NCBI RefSeq assembly: GCF_003790525.1
Contig: NZ_CP033635.1
Length of the DNA stretch: 64,000 nt
Origin: Escherichia coli
Lineage (GTDB): Bacteria > Pseudomonadota > Gammaproteobacteria > Enterobacterales > Enterobacteriaceae
Strand: one strand, 5' to 3'
Shown here: positions 1 through 26,797 of the stretch, piece by piece
Layout: each line of letters opens with the position of its first letter
How positions within the stretch are numbered: position 1 is the first letter of the stretch
Notes under the pieces: model-generated
Told to the model about the DNA's origin: nothing
The model's database searches: none
What the model saw: only the letters and a program-made list of their open reading frames with translations
Position numbers and translations under genes: made by a program

Positions 1-255
<255 letters not shown>

Positions 256-339
256 TCCCTTCGGAGTTTTAGTCACCAGGCGGGCGCTTCCAGTAAGCAG
301 CCCGCTTTGGGCTACTTAAATTGAACGCCTAAAAGATAA

Positions 340-2466
<2,127 letters not shown>

Positions 2467-2479
2467 GCCTAAGGGTTAA

Positions 2480-3721
<1,242 letters not shown>

Positions 3722-3745
3722 TTACACGTTAATTAGTTTCGAATT

Positions 3746-3771
3746 AAAAAGGGCGCTTCGGCGTCCTTTTT
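3746..3771 (+). terminator. rho-independent terminator of the str operon
   Basis: aaaaaGGGCGC-ttcg-GCGTCCttttt: 6-bp GC stem with UUCG tetraloop and T-run, 25 bp after the tufA stop. Confidence 0.8.
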
Positions 3772-3848
3772 GCTGCCCGTAATTTGAGCTCGAAATATTT
3801 AGTCGTAATTTCACTCGCTGAACTATGGCGCAAATTAAACTGTGCTAT

Positions 3849-3867
3849 TGTAATCATAACCATTCTC
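3849..3867 (+). promoter_or_regulatory. candidate Fur box in the bfd-bfr promoter region
   Basis: tgtaatcataaccattctc matches the 19-bp Fur consensus gataatgataatcattatc at 14/19 positions, about 40 bp upstream of the bfd ATG. Confidence 0.45.
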
Positions 3868-3903
3868 ATTTACACTTTGCGCAGAATTTGAACGGGAGCA
3901 ATC

Positions 3904-4098
3904 ATGTACGTTTGTTTGTGTAATGGTGTAAGTGACAAAAAAATTCGCCAGGCAGTCCGTCAGTTTCATCCGCAATCTTTCCAACAATTGCGTAAGTTTA
4001 TTCCTGTGGGAAATCAATGCGGTAAGTGCATTCGCGCCGCGCGCGAAGTGATGCAGGACGAGTTGATGCAGATGCCAGAATTTAAAGAGATTGCCTGA
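3904..4098 (+). CDS. bfd: bacterioferritin-associated ferredoxin
   Basis: 64-aa ORF MYVCLCNGVSDKKIRQAV... with Cys spacing typical of the 2Fe-2S Bfd fold; directly upstream of bfr. Confidence 0.9.
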   Translation: MYVCLCNGVSDKKIRQAVRQFHPQSFQQLRKFIPVGNQCGKCIRAAREVMQDELMQMPEFKEIA

Positions 4099-4170
4099 AG
4101 CCCACGCTTATTTTTTGACATCCCGCTAGCCCCATCTACGCTCTAATAGTGGAAGCGGAGGGACTATAAA

Positions 4171-4647
4171 ATGAAAGGTGATGTTAAAATCATAAATTAT
4201 CTCAATAAACTATTGGGAAATGAGCTTGTCGCAATCAATCAGTATTTTCTCCATGCCCGGATGTTTAAAAACTGGGGCCTGATGCGTCTCAATGACGTCG
4301 AATACCATGAATCTATTGATGAGATGAAACACGCTGATAAATATATCGAGCGTATTTTGTTTTTAGAAGGAATCCCTAACTTACAGGATTTAGGCAAACT
4401 GGGGATTGGTGAAGATGTCGAGGAGATGCTGCAATCCGACCTGCGATTAGAACTGGAAGGCGCGAAGGATCTCCGTGAGGCTATCGCGTATGCCGACAGC
4501 GTTCATGACTATGTTAGCCGTGATATGATGATCGAGATCCTTGCCGATGAAGAAGGTCATATTGACTGGCTCGAAACTGAGCTGGATCTCATCGGTAAAA
4601 TCGGTTTACAAAATTACCTGCAATCACAAATAAAAGTTAAAGATTAA
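4171..4647 (+). CDS. bfr: bacterioferritin
   Basis: 158-aa [40 protein letters not shown]... Confidence 0.96.
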   Translation: MKGDVKIINYLNKLLGNELVAINQYFLHARMFKNWGLMRLNDVEYHESIDEMKHADKYIERILFLEGIPNLQDLGKLGIGEDVEEMLQSDLRLELEGAKDLREAIAYADSVHDYVSRDMMIEILADEEGHIDWLETELDLIGKIGLQNYLQSQIKVKD

Positions 4648-5111
4648 CGGCCTGCCAGCAAACTATCCCAGCCTACAACGAAACCCGCAGCCGCCAGAAA
4701 TGGCCCAAACGGCAGCGGGTTTTTTAATGACTCTTTTCCTCTCATGAGCAGACCAATAACTACGGCTCCGCAAGCGAATGAGGCAGCAAGGAAAACCAGT
4801 CGTGGCAAGAAGGTCCATGTATGCCAGGCACCAAGGGCGGCGAGAAACTTCACATCACCATAGCCTAATCCTTCTTTATGACGCAGTATGCGATACCCCC
4901 AGTAAATGACAGCGAATGTGCCGTAACCAATAATCGCCCCCCATAACGCATCGGCTAAACCGTCAGGATTACAAACCTGATAGAACAAAAGACCTGACCA
5001 GAGTAACGGGCAGGTAAATCTGTCAGGTAACAAGCCATGCTTTGCATCCCAGAAAAAAAGTAGGGCTGATAAACAAGCGTACAAAATCAGAAAGGGAAGG
5101 GTAGCGTCCAT
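4644..5111 (-). CDS. short prepilin peptidase (A24 family) homologue, 155 aa
   Basis: Polytopic membrane ORF with both catalytic-Asp motifs ([11 protein letters not shown] and [14 protein letters not shown]); similar to the C-terminal two-thirds of K-12 GspO/HopD but about 70 aa shorter at the N-terminus; stop overlaps the bfr stop in TTAA. Confidence 0.75.
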   Translation of the reverse strand: MDATLPFLILYACLSALLFFWDAKHGLLPDRFTCPLLWSGLLFYQVCNPDGLADALWGAIIGYGTFAVIYWGYRILRHKEGLGYGDVKFLAALGAWHTWTFLPRLVFLAASFACGAVVIGLLMRGKESLKNPLPFGPFLAAAGFVVGWDSLLAGR

Positions 5112-5284
5112 AAAACATCCTCTGTAATTGGAGTATCACCATCGAATAACTCCGGATGCTCAGCAACAGAGAAATCGCTGATTTGTTAACCTGGTCCCGG
5201 TGAAAAACGCTATCTTCACAACTTTACAAATTTCGTGGAATACAGCTCGCAATCTGCGCGTTGCGATTAATTTCTACCCGATGC

Positions 5285-5312
5285 TTGCGTCAGGCTCAGA
5301 TTTGCGTATAAT
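5285..5312 (+). promoter_or_regulatory. S10 operon promoter (-35 TTGCGT, 16-bp spacer, -10 TATAAT)
   Basis: ttgcgt at 5285-5290 and tataat at 5307-5312; predicted start about 170 nt upstream of rpsJ, consistent with the known long S10 leader. Confidence 0.65.
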
Positions 5313-5318
5313 GCGCGG

Positions 5319-5801
<483 letters not shown>

Positions 5802-5821
5802 TCAGGTCATTGAGCGATTGA

Positions 5822-8217
<2,396 letters not shown>

Positions 8218-8230
8218 TTTTAGAGGATAA

Positions 8231-8512
<282 letters not shown>

Positions 8513-8517
8513 GGTAG

Positions 8518-10446
<1,929 letters not shown>

Positions 10447-10471
10447 TACAGTACACTCTCTCGATACGAAT

Positions 10472-10500
10472 AAACGGCTCAGAAATGAGCCGTTTATTTT
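10472..10500 (+). terminator. rho-independent terminator at the end of the S10 operon
   Basis: AAACGGCTC-agaaat-GAGCCGTTT followed by a T-run, 26 bp after the rpsQ stop. Confidence 0.85.
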
Positions 10501-10523
10501 TTCTACCCATATCCTTGAAGCGG

Positions 10524-10532
10524 TGTTATAAT
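10524..10532 (+). promoter_or_regulatory. candidate spc operon promoter, extended -10 (TGtTATAAT)
   Basis: tgttataat at 10524-10532 between the S10 terminator and rplN; no clear -35 hexamer at standard spacing. Confidence 0.45.
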
Positions 10533-10598
10533 GCCGCGCCCTCGATATGGGGATTTTTAACGACCTGATTTTCGGGTCTCAGTAGTAGTTGACATTAG

Positions 10599-11861
<1,263 letters not shown>

Positions 11862-11872
11862 GGTAGGGTTAC

Positions 11873-12181
<309 letters not shown>

Positions 12182-12208
12182 TTGTCACCAATTGAATCAC
12201 GGGAGTAA

Positions 12209-13516
<1,308 letters not shown>

Positions 13517-13521
13517 GGTAG

Positions 13522-14655
<1,134 letters not shown>

Positions 14656-14662
14656 GTAGCAG

Positions 14663-16142
<1,480 letters not shown>

Positions 16143-16160
16143 TTTTTTCGCATATTTTTC

Positions 16161-16189
16161 TTGCAAAGTTGGGTTGAGCTGGCTAGATT
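16161..16189 (+). promoter_or_regulatory. candidate alpha-operon promoter (-35 TTGCAA, 17-bp spacer, -10 TAGATT)
   Basis: Hexamers at 16161-16166 and 16184-16189 in the rpmJ-rpsM intergenic region; a perfect palindrome GCTGGCTA-gat-TAGCCAGC (16178-16196) overlaps the -10. Confidence 0.4.
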
Positions 16190-16279
16190 AGCCAGCCAAT
16201 CTTTTGTATGTCTGTGCGTTTCCATTTGAGTATCCTGAAAACGGGCTTTTCAGCATGGAACGTACATATTAAATAGTAG

Positions 16280-16645
<366 letters not shown>

Positions 16646-16658
16646 TCGGGGTGATTGA

Positions 16659-17705
<1,047 letters not shown>

Positions 17706-17730
17706 AGCTTAGTACCAAAGAGAGGACACA

Positions 17731-18720
17731 ATGCAGGGTTCTGTGACAGAGTTTCTAAAACCGCGCCTGGTTGATATCGAGCAAGTGAGTTCGACGCACG
17801 CCAAGGTGACCCTTGAGCCTTTAGAGCGTGGCTTTGGCCATACTCTGGGTAACGCACTGCGCCGTATTCTGCTCTCATCGATGCCGGGTTGCGCGGTGAC
17901 CGAGGTTGAGATTGATGGTGTACTACATGAGTACAGCACCAAAGAAGGCGTTCAGGAAGATATCCTGGAAATCCTGCTCAACCTGAAAGGGCTGGCGGTG
18001 AGAGTTCAGGGCAAAGATGAAGTTATTCTTACCTTGAATAAATCTGGCATTGGCCCTGTGACTGCAGCCGATATCACCCACGACGGTGATGTCGAAATCG
18101 TCAAGCCGCAGCACGTGATCTGCCACCTGACCGATGAGAACGCGTCTATTAGCATGCGTATCAAAGTTCAGCGCGGTCGTGGTTATGTGCCGGCTTCTAC
18201 CCGAATTCATTCGGAAGAAGATGAGCGCCCAATCGGCCGTCTGCTGGTCGACGCATGCTACAGCCCTGTGGAGCGTATTGCCTACAATGTTGAAGCAGCG
18301 CGTGTAGAACAGCGTACCGACCTGGACAAGCTGGTCATCGAAATGGAAACCAACGGCACAATCGATCCTGAAGAGGCGATTCGTCGTGCGGCAACCATTC
18401 TGGCTGAACAACTGGAAGCTTTCGTTGACTTACGTGATGTACGTCAGCCTGAAGTGAAAGAAGAGAAACCAGAGTTCGATCCGATCCTGCTGCGCCCTGT
18501 TGACGATCTGGAATTGACTGTCCGCTCTGCTAACTGCCTTAAAGCAGAAGCTATCCACTATATCGGTGATCTGGTACAGCGTACCGAGGTTGAGCTCCTT
18601 AAAACGCCTAACCTTGGTAAAAAATCTCTTACTGAGATTAAAGACGTGCTGGCTTCCCGTGGACTGTCTCTGGGCATGCGCCTGGAAAACTGGCCACCGG
18701 CAAGCATCGCTGACGAGTAA
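17731..18720 (+). CDS. rpoA: DNA-directed RNA polymerase alpha subunit
   Basis: 329 aa, [53 protein letters not shown]... Confidence 0.98.
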
Positions 18721-18736
18721 CCGGATCACAGGTTAA

Positions 18737-19144
<408 letters not shown>

Positions 19145-19157
19145 TCTGAAGCAACGT

Positions 19158-19186
19158 AAAAAAACCCGCCCCGGCGGGTTTTTTTA
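19158..19186 (+). terminator. rho-independent terminator of the alpha operon
   Basis: aaaaaaaCCCGCC-ccgg-CGGGttttttt immediately after rplQ. Confidence 0.9.
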
Positions 19187-19250
19187 TACCCGTAGTATCC
19201 CCACTTATCTACAATAGCTGTACTCTTTTTGTTCATCCCCTGGAGTATTT

Positions 19251-19619
19251 ATGTGGTTACTTGACCAGTGGGCAGAGCGTCATATTACTGAGGCACAATC
19301 CAAAGGTGAGTTTGATAATCTTCCGGGAAGTGGCGAGCCATTGATTCTGGATGATGATTCACACGTGCCACCGGAATTACGTGCGGGGTATCGCTTGCTG
19401 AAGAATGCCGGTTGCTTACCGCCAGAACTTGAGCAGCGTAGGGAAGCAATACAGCTTCTGGATATCCTCAAAGGTATCCGTCATGATGATCCGCAATATA
19501 AAGAGGTTAGTCGTCGATTGTCATTACTGGAATTGAAGCTGCGACAAGCTGGATTGAGTACCGATTTTTTACGCGGCGATTATGCTGACAAGTTGTTGGA
19601 CAAAATCTACGATAACTAG
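19251..19619 (+). CDS. yhdN: DUF1992-family protein YhdN
   Basis: 122 aa, MWLLDQWAERHITEAQSKGEFDNLPGSGEPL...; position between rplQ and zntR. Confidence 0.85.
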   Translation: MWLLDQWAERHITEAQSKGEFDNLPGSGEPLILDDDSHVPPELRAGYRLLKNAGCLPPELEQRREAIQLLDILKGIRHDDPQYKEVSRRLSLLELKLRQAGLSTDFLRGDYADKLLDKIYDN

Positions 19620-19629
19620 TGGAGTATGT

Positions 19630-20055
19630 ATGTATCGCATTGGTGAGCTGGCAAAAATGGCGGAAGTAACACCCGACACGATTCGTTACTACGAAAAGCA
19701 GCAGATGATGGAGCATGAAGTACGCACCGAAGGTGGGTTTCGCCTGTATACCGAAAGCGATCTCCAGCGATTGAAATTTATCCGCCATGCCAGACAACTT
19801 GGTTTCAGTCTGGAGTCGATCCGCGAGTTGCTGTCGATCCGTATCGATCCTGAACACCATACCTGTCAGGAGTCAAAAGGCATTGTGCAGGAAAGATTAC
19901 AGGAAGTCGAAGCACGGATAGCCGAGTTGCAGAGTATGCAGCGTTCCTTGCAACGCCTTAACGATGCCTGTTGTGGGACCGCTCATAGCAGTGTTTATTG
20001 CTCGATTCTTGAAGCTCTTGAACAAGGGGCGAGTGGCGTTAAGAGTGGCTGTTGA
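19630..20055 (+). CDS. zntR: MerR-family Zn(II)-responsive regulator ZntR (141 aa)
   Basis: ORF-track frame 19582..20055 trimmed to ATG at 19630: MYRIGELAKMAEVTPDTIRYYEKQQMMEHEVRTEGGFRLY... with MerR helix-turn-helix and C-terminal Cys cluster. Confidence 0.92.
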   Translation: MYRIGELAKMAEVTPDTIRYYEKQQMMEHEVRTEGGFRLYTESDLQRLKFIRHARQLGFSLESIRELLSIRIDPEHHTCQESKGIVQERLQEVEARIAELQSMQRSLQRLNDACCGTAHSSVYCSILEALEQGASGVKSGC

Positions 20056-20110
20056 TTTTTTGCTCTGGCAGGATTACACTCGCGCCGTTAAATAACCAAT
20101 TGGAGTTTTT

Positions 20111-20329
20111 ATGAGCCGATATCAGCATACTAAAGGGCAGATAAAGGATAATGCGATAGAAGCATTACTACATGATCCCTTATTCCGACAGCGCGTAGAG
20201 AGAAATAAGAAAGGGAAAGGCAGTTACATGCGAAAAGGAAAACATGGCAATCGGGGGAACTGGGAGGCCAGTGGCAAGAAAGTAAATCACTTTTTTACCA
20301 CTGGCCTTCTGCTTTCAGGCGCTTGTTAA
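20111..20329 (+). CDS. arfA: alternative ribosome-rescue factor A
   Basis: 72 aa, [72 protein letters not shown]; 3' end overlaps mscL on the opposite strand. Confidence 0.92.
   Translation: MSRYQHTKGQIKDNAIEALLHDPLFRQRVERNKKGKGSYMRKGKHGNRGNWEASGKKVNHFFTTGLLLSGAC
20266..20306 (+). promoter_or_regulatory. arfA 3' hairpin (RNase III processing / non-stop mRNA element)
   Basis: Perfect 9-bp inverted repeat GGCCAGTGG ... CCACTGGCC (20266-20274 / 20298-20306) inside the arfA ORF; function from established ArfA biology. Confidence 0.7.
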
Positions 20330-20736
20330 GAGCGGTTATTCTGCTCTTTCAGCAAATCACGAATTTCTGTCAGTAATACTTCTTCTTTAGTTGGTGCAGG
20401 CGCGGCTGCTGGTTCTTCTTTTTTCCGATTCAGTTTGTTGATTAGCTTAATCGCCATAAAGATGGCAAAGGCTACAATCAGAAAATCAAAGACGTTTTGA
20501 ATGAAGACACCGTAATGCATCACAACAGCAGGGATATCCCCCTGCGCATCGCGTAGCGTGACAGCAAACTGTTTGAAATCGATCCCGCCAATTAATAACC
20601 CCAGAGGTGGCATAATGATATCGGCAACCAGTGAAGATACAATCTTCCCGAATGCCGCACCGATAATGACACCCACCGCCAAATCCACCACGTTCCCGCG
20701 CATCGCAAATTCGCGAAATTCTTTAATAATGCTCAT
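20326..20736 (-). CDS. mscL: large-conductance mechanosensitive channel
   Basis: 136 aa, [51 protein letters not shown]... Confidence 0.97.
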
Positions 20737-20837
20737 GTTATTCTCCCTATGAAGCCGACAATCATAAGTCTAACAAATGTTAAGCTATTTTCCTGCCAGG
20801 AGTGAATTTAATTAATCCCTGATAATCAAAGGGAAAT

Positions 20838-20863
20838 AATAAGGCGTCATTAGACGCCTTATT
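20838..20863 (-). terminator. hairpin terminator just downstream of trkA
   Basis: AATAAGGCGTC-atta-GACGCCTTATT perfect palindrome 3 bp beyond the trkA stop, flanked by A/T-rich sequence. Confidence 0.7.
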
Positions 20864-20865
20864 AA

Positions 20866-22242
20866 TTACAAGAAGAAAGGACTTGGCTGGAAGAGTCTTT
20901 CGACGTCGGTAATAAACTTTTTATCTGTGAGGAACATAATTACGTGATCGCCTTGCTCAATGCGCAGATTGTCATTGGCAATCATCACATCGTTTCCACG
21001 TACCACCGCTCCAATAATCGTTCCTGGCGGTAGCTTGATTTCGTCAATGACTCTGCCGACAACGCGTGAGGTGCTTTCATCACCGTGAGCAACGGCTTCA
21101 ATAGCTTCTGCTACGCCGCGGCGCAGTGAGGAAACACCAACAATATCAGCTTTTCGCACATGGCTAAGCAACGCAGAAATAGTTGCTTGTTGCGGTGAAA
21201 TCGCAATATCGATCACGCTCCCCTGAACCAGATCCACATAAGCGCGACGCTGGATCAATACCATCACCTTTTTCGCACCCATACGTTTGGCAAGCATGGC
21301 GGACATGATATTGGCTTCGTCATCGTTGGTGACAGCAATAAACAGATCAACTTGATCGATATGTTCTTCGGCCAGCAGTTCTTGATCCGACGCATCACCA
21401 AAAAAGACGATCGTATTCTGCAACTTTTCCGCCAGTTCGGCAGCGCGCTGCTGATTACGTTCGATGAGTTTGACGCTGTAATCTTTTTCCAGACGACGCG
21501 CCAGCCCTGCACCGATATTACCACCACCAACCAGCATGATCCGCTTATACGGTTTTTCCAGTCGCTGTAATTCACTCATCACCGCGCGGATATGCTGTGA
21601 AGCGGCAATAAAGAACACTTCATCACCAGCTTCAACAATGGTCGAACCTTGCGGACGAATGGGGCGATCATGGCGGAAAATTGCTGCCACACGAGTATCG
21701 ATATGTGGCATATGTTCGCGCATGGTCGAAAGTGCATTACCAATCAGCGGGCCGCCGTAATAGGCTTTAACCACAGCCAGGCTGACTTTACCCTCAGCGA
21801 AGTTTACCACCTGCAATGCGCCGGGATACTCAATCAGTCGGTAAATATTATCGATAACCAACTGCTCTGGTGCGATCAGATGATCAATCGGTACAGCATC
21901 TGAATGAAATAGCTTATCGGCATCGCGCACGTAGTCTGGTGAGCGGATACGAGCGATGCGATTAGGGGTGTTGAAAAGTGAGTAGGCTACCTGGCAGGCA
22001 ACCATATTGGTTTCATCTGAACTGGTTACAGCAACCAGCATATCGGCGTCGTCGGCACCTGCCTCCCGCAATACGCGTGGATGAGAGCCATGCCCCTGCA
22101 CGACTCGCAGGTCAAATTTATCCTGCAAGGTCCGCAGACGCTCACCGTTGGTATCGACAACAGTGATATCGTTGTTCTCGCCAACCAGGTTTTCCGCCAG
22201 TGTGCCGCCAACCTGGCCGGCACCCAGAATGATAATTTTCAT
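20866..22242 (-). CDS. trkA: Trk potassium-uptake system NAD-binding protein TrkA
   Basis: 458 aa, two Rossmann motifs ([16 protein letters not shown]... and [15 protein letters not shown]...). Confidence 0.97.
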   Translation of the reverse strand: MKIIILGAGQVGGTLAENLVGENNDITVVDTNGERLRTLQDKFDLRVVQGHGSHPRVLREAGADDADMLVAVTSSDETNMVACQVAYSLFNTPNRIARIRSPDYVRDADKLFHSDAVPIDHLIAPEQLVIDNIYRLIEYPGALQVVNFAEGKVSLAVVKAYYGGPLIGNALSTMREHMPHIDTRVAAIFRHDRPIRPQGSTIVEAGDEVFFIAASQHIRAVMSELQRLEKPYKRIMLVGGGNIGAGLARRLEKDYSVKLIERNQQRAAELAEKLQNTIVFFGDASDQELLAEEHIDQVDLFIAVTNDDEANIMSAMLAKRMGAKKVMVLIQRRAYVDLVQGSVIDIAISPQQATISALLSHVRKADIVGVSSLRRGVAEAIEAVAHGDESTSRVVGRVIDEIKLPPGTIIGAVVRGNDVMIANDNLRIEQGDHVIMFLTDKKFITDVERLFQPSPFFL

Positions 22243-22263
22243 CAGTCGCGACCCGTTATCTCA

Positions 22264-23553
22264 TCACTTTTTGATTAGCTTAGCGTAAAAGAAGCCGTCG
22301 CCCTCTTCGGCACCAGGTAGATTTTGTTTACCCGGTTGCTCTGGTGTTCCTGTTTCGCAAAGTTCGGCATCAGCAGTACGTTGCAAAAAGGCTTTAATCT
22401 GCAGGCTATTCTCTTCCGGTAACACCGAACAGGTGGCATAGACCAGGGTTCCACCGGATTTTAAATGCGGCCAAATGGCGTCGAGAATTTCAGACTGCAA
22501 TTGCGCGAGTTCCGGGATATCGCGATCGCGACGTAACCATTTAATATCCGGATGGCGACGAATCACACCGGTTGCTGAACAAGGCGCATCTAATAAAATG
22601 CGATCAAACTGTTGCTCGCCACACCATTGGGAAGGGTAACGGCCATCACCTTGTTTCACGGTTGCCTTCATACCAAGGCGTTTTAAATTGTCGTAAACGC
22701 GAGAGAGGCGCTGTTCGTCAATATCAACCGCAACAACCTGCGCTTCTGGTGCCACCTCAAGGATATGCGTTGTTTTACCGCCGGGGGCGGCACAAAGATC
22801 CAAAATGTGTTCACCGTTTTGTGGCGCAAGCCAGGTCATGCAACCTTGTGCTGAGGCATCCTGAACGGTAACCCATCCGTCTTCAAAACCAGGTAGCGCA
22901 TGAACAGGTGCAGGTGTTTCCAGACGTACAGCATCAGGGTAATCCGCATGCGGGAAACCTTTCATTCCTGCTTCATCCAGCAATGCAAGCCACCTGTCGC
23001 GGGAATGATGCGTACGATTAACGCGCAGCCACATTGGCGGACGCTGGTTATTGGCTTCGACGATGGATTGCCACTGCTCTGGATACGCTTTTTGCAGACG
23101 CTTCAGCAACCAGGAAGGATGCAGATAACGTGCATCACTGGCATTAAACTCGGCTAATAACTCTTCTTGCTGACGCTGGAACTGGCGTAATACACCGTTT
23201 ATCAACCCTTTAAGTTGCGGGCGCTTAATTGCGATAGCGCCTTCAACCGTTTCAGCCAGCGCGGCATGAGGTGGAATGCGGGTATAAAGCAGTTGATACA
23301 AACCAACCATAATCAGGTAATGAACAGTACGCTGTTTGCCTGTCATCGGACGGGCCATTAGCTTATTAATCAGCCAGTCTAACTGTGAAAGCGTACGCAG
23401 TACGCCAAAGCACAACTCTTGAAGAAGTGCTTTGTCTTTATCAGAAACTTTTTGCTGGAGCGGTGGCAGAATGTTGCTTAATGATTGCCCTTGCTCGACG
23501 ACTTGTTCAACGGCCTGGGCCGCCATGCTACGTAAATTACGTTGTTTTTTCAT
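22264..23553 (-). CDS. rsmB: 16S rRNA m5C967 methyltransferase RsmB (429 aa)
   Basis: ORF-track frame 22264..23574 begins at a TTG; trimmed to the in-frame ATG at 23553 giving [35 protein letters not shown]...; SAM-MTase motifs downstream. Confidence 0.93.
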   Translation of the reverse strand: MKKQRNLRSMAAQAVEQVVEQGQSLSNILPPLQQKVSDKDKALLQELCFGVLRTLSQLDWLINKLMARPMTGKQRTVHYLIMVGLYQLLYTRIPPHAALAETVEGAIAIKRPQLKGLINGVLRQFQRQQEELLAEFNASDARYLHPSWLLKRLQKAYPEQWQSIVEANNQRPPMWLRVNRTHHSRDRWLALLDEAGMKGFPHADYPDAVRLETPAPVHALPGFEDGWVTVQDASAQGCMTWLAPQNGEHILDLCAAPGGKTTHILEVAPEAQVVAVDIDEQRLSRVYDNLKRLGMKATVKQGDGRYPSQWCGEQQFDRILLDAPCSATGVIRRHPDIKWLRRDRDIPELAQLQSEILDAIWPHLKSGGTLVYATCSVLPEENSLQIKAFLQRTADAELCETGTPEQPGKQNLPGAEEGDGFFYAKLIKK

Positions 23554-23598
23554 AAGTATAAAAATGCCCGGCAAGACCGGGCTTAGAAGAGTGGACTA

Positions 23599-24546
23599 TC
23601 AGGCCAGACGGTTGCCCGGAACAAACCATTCCCGACGAGAATTCAGGAGGTCTTGTGCGCTCATCGCTTTCTTACCCGCAGGTTGCAACGAGAGCAGATT
23701 CAGGATGCCATCACCGGTCGCGACCTGAATGCCTTGTTTGCTGGCTTCAAGGATTGTTCCTGGCGCAGACTTTGTCACCGTATCAATGACCGACGCTTTC
23801 CAGACCTTAACAGGCTGGCCTTCAATTTCCAGCCAGCTCATTGGCCATGGATTGAAAGCGCGAATGCAGCGTTCAAGCTGTGCTGCCGAAAGTGACCAGT
23901 CAATACGCGCTTCTTCTTTACTCAACTTCTCTGCGTAAGTGACAAGAGTTTCGTCCTGAACTTCTGGTTTCGCCGTGCCGTCTGCCAATTGTTTCAATGT
24001 GGTGATAAGCCCTTGTGGGCCAAGCTCTGCCAGCTTGTCGTACAGCGTACCACTGGTATCTTCTGCAGTAATCGGGCTGGAGAGCTTATAGAGCATGTCA
24101 CCGGTGTCTAAACCAACATCCATTTGCATAATGGTCACACCAGTTTCTGCATCACCCGCCCATAGTGAGCGTTGGATTGGTGCAGCACCGCGCCAGCGTG
24201 GCAGCAGTGAACCATGAACGTTGATACAGCCAAGACGCGGCATCTCCAGCACGGCTTTAGGCAGAATTAAGCCATAGGCGACGACAACCATAACATCAGC
24301 CTGTAGATCGGCGACCAGTTGCTGGTTTTCTTGTGGACGCAGGGAAACCGGTTGAAAAACGGGCAGACCTTTTTCCTCAGCCAGAACTTTAACCGGGCTG
24401 GGCATCAGTTTTTTACCGCGTCCTGCCGGTCGGTCTGGCTGGGTGAACACGCCAACGACGTTATGACCAGAAGACAACAGCGCGTCGAGATGACGCGCTG
24501 CAAAGTCAGGTGTACCCGCAAAAATAATACGTAGTGATTCTGACAC
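23599..24546 (-). CDS. fmt: methionyl-tRNA formyltransferase
   Basis: 315 aa, [46 protein letters not shown]... Confidence 0.97.
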   Translation of the reverse strand: MSESLRIIFAGTPDFAARHLDALLSSGHNVVGVFTQPDRPAGRGKKLMPSPVKVLAEEKGLPVFQPVSLRPQENQQLVADLQADVMVVVAYGLILPKAVLEMPRLGCINVHGSLLPRWRGAAPIQRSLWAGDAETGVTIMQMDVGLDTGDMLYKLSSPITAEDTSGTLYDKLAELGPQGLITTLKQLADGTAKPEVQDETLVTYAEKLSKEEARIDWSLSAAQLERCIRAFNPWPMSWLEIEGQPVKVWKASVIDTVTKSAPGTILEASKQGIQVATGDGILNLLSLQPAGKKAMSAQDLLNSRREWFVPGNRLA

Positions 24547-24560
24547 GTTAGTTCTTATCC

Positions 24561-25070
24561 TTAAGCCCGGGCTTTCAGACGATCCAGTTTTTCAACTTTC
24601 TGACGAATACGTTGTTGTTTCAGCGGTGACAGATAATCCATAAACAGTTTGCCGACCAGGTGATCCATCTCATGCTGAATACAGATGGCTAACAGACCCT
24701 CTGCTTCCAGTTCAAATGGTTTACCGTCGCGGTCCAGGGCGCGAATTTTAACTTTCTCTGCGCGCGGCACTAAAGCACGTTGTTCAGGGATCGACAGGCA
24801 TCCTTCTTCAATGCCTGTTTCGCCGCTTTTTTCTAAAAGCTCCGGATTGATTAACACCAGCCGTTCGTCACGGTTTTCCGAAACATCAATAACAATGATA
24901 CGTTGATGGATATCGACCTGGGTTGCCGCCAGGCCAATACCTTCTTCTGCGTACATCGTCTCGAACATATCATCGACGATACGCTGAATTTCTGCATTCA
25001 CTTCTTCTACCGGTTTAGCAACTTTGCGAAGCCGCTCGTCCGGAATATGTAACACTTGCAAAACTGACAT
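24561..25070 (-). CDS. def: peptide deformylase
   Basis: 169 aa, [24 protein letters not shown]..., with GxGxAAxQ, EGCLS and HEMDH metal-site motifs. Confidence 0.98.
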
Positions 25071-25199
25071 AAATCTCCAGAGATGTGTTCAGGAGTTAGA
25101 AAGATTATTTCTTCTATTCTAGACAAATCCCCCTCTGATTGACAGCATCACTGACCAATCGCAAAGATTGCTAAGGCTGCTTATGGCAGGGAGATAAGG

Positions 25200-26324
25200 A
25201 TGGTCGATACAGAAATTTGGCTGCGTTTAATGAGCATCAGCAGCTTGTACGGCGATGATATGGTCCGTATAGCTCACTGGCTGGCAAAACAGTCGCATAT
25301 TGATGCGGTTGTATTGCAGCAAACTGGGCTTACATTGCGGCAGGCACAACGCTTTCTTTCATTTCCGCGAAAGAGTATCGAAAGCTCACTTTCTTGGTTG
25401 GAGCAACCCAACCATCATTTAATTCCTGCGGACAGCGAATTTTATCCTCCTCAACTTCTTGCGACGACAGATTACCCCGGCGCACTGTTTGTTGAAGGAG
25501 AACTGCACGCGCTGCATTCATTTCAGCTTGCCGTAGTGGGGAGTCGGGCGCATTCATGGTATGGCGAACGCTGGGGACGATTATTTTGCGAAACTCTGGC
25601 GACGCGTGGAGTGACAATTACGAGTGGACTGGCGCGTGGAATCGATGGTGTGGCGCATAAAGCGGCCTTACAGGTAAATGGCGTCAGCATTGCTGTATTA
25701 GGGAATGGACTTAATACCATTCATCCGCGTCGCCATGCCCGACTGGCTACCAGTTTGCTTGAACATGGTGGGGCTCTTGTCTCGGAATTTCCCCTCGATG
25801 TTCCTCCCCTTGCTTACAATTTCCCACGAAGAAATCGCATTATCAGTGGTCTAAGTAAAGGTGTACTGGTGGTGGAAGCGGCTTTGCGCAGTGGTTCGCT
25901 GGTGACAGCACGTTGTGCGCTTGAGCAGGGGCGTGAAGTTTTTGCCTTGCCGGGTCCATTAGGGAATCCGGGAAGCGAAGGGCCTCACTGGTTAATAAAA
26001 CAAGGTGCGATTCTTGTGACGGAACCGGAAGAAATTCTGGAAAACTTGCAATTTGGATTGCACTGGTTGCCAGACGCCCCTGAAAATTCATTTTATTCAC
26101 CAGATCAGGAAGACGTGGCATTGCCATTTCCTGAGCTCCTGGCTAACGTAGGAGATGAGGTAACACCTGTTGACGTCGTCGCTGAACGTGCCGGCCAACC
26201 TGTGCCAGAGGTAGTAACTCAACTACTCGAACTGGAGTTAGCAGGATGGATCGCAGCTGTACCCGGCGGCTATGTCCGATTGAGGAGGGCATGCCATGTT
26301 CGACGTACTAATGTATTTGTTTGA
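25200..26324 (+). CDS. dprA: DNA-processing protein DprA (Smf)
   Basis: 374 aa, [30 protein letters not shown]...; divergent from def. Confidence 0.93.
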
Positions 26325-26769
26325 AACCTATATTCACACAGAAGCTGAGTTGCGTGTGGATCAAGACAAACTTGAACAGGATCTTACCGACGCAGGATTT
26401 GATCGAGAAGATATCTACAATGCCCTGCTTTGGCTGGAAAAGCTTGCGGATTATCAGGAAGGACTGGCAGAACCGATGCAACTGGCCTCTGATCCACTCT
26501 CCATGCGTATTTATACCCCTGAAGAGTGTGAAAGGCTGGATGCCAGCTGTCGTGGTTTTCTGCTTTTCCTTGAGCAAATTCAGGTGCTTAACCTTGAAAC
26601 CCGTGAAATGGTGATAGAGCGAGTGCTCGCGCTGGATACCGCAGAGTTCGACCTGGAAGACCTGAAATGGGTAATCCTGATGGTGTTGTTCAATATTCCG
26701 GGCTGCGAAAATGCGTACCAGCAAATGGAAGAATTACTCTTTGAAGTGAATGAAGGTATGCTGCATTAA
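26296..26769 (+). CDS. smg: Smg protein (DUF494)
   Basis: 157 aa, [30 protein letters not shown]...; start overlaps the dprA 3' end by 29 nt. Confidence 0.9.
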
Positions 26770-26797
26770 TCATTTCTTTAATTCAGCATAAGTTGTT

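Noticed and set aside
16178..16196. Palindrome in the rpmJ-rpsM spacer read as a rho-independent terminator
   Set aside because: It overlaps the predicted alpha-promoter -10 and the following T-run is short and interrupted (caatcttttgt). The alpha genes are known to be co-transcribed from upstream, so a strong terminator here is unlikely; kept as a low-interest finding instead.
25071..25199. Possible CRP or CRP-S site in the def/dprA divergent promoter region
   Set aside because: I could not find a 5-N6-5 arrangement matching TGTGA-N6-TCACA or TGCGA-N6-TCGCA at acceptable mismatch; only an isolated TCGCA half-site is present.
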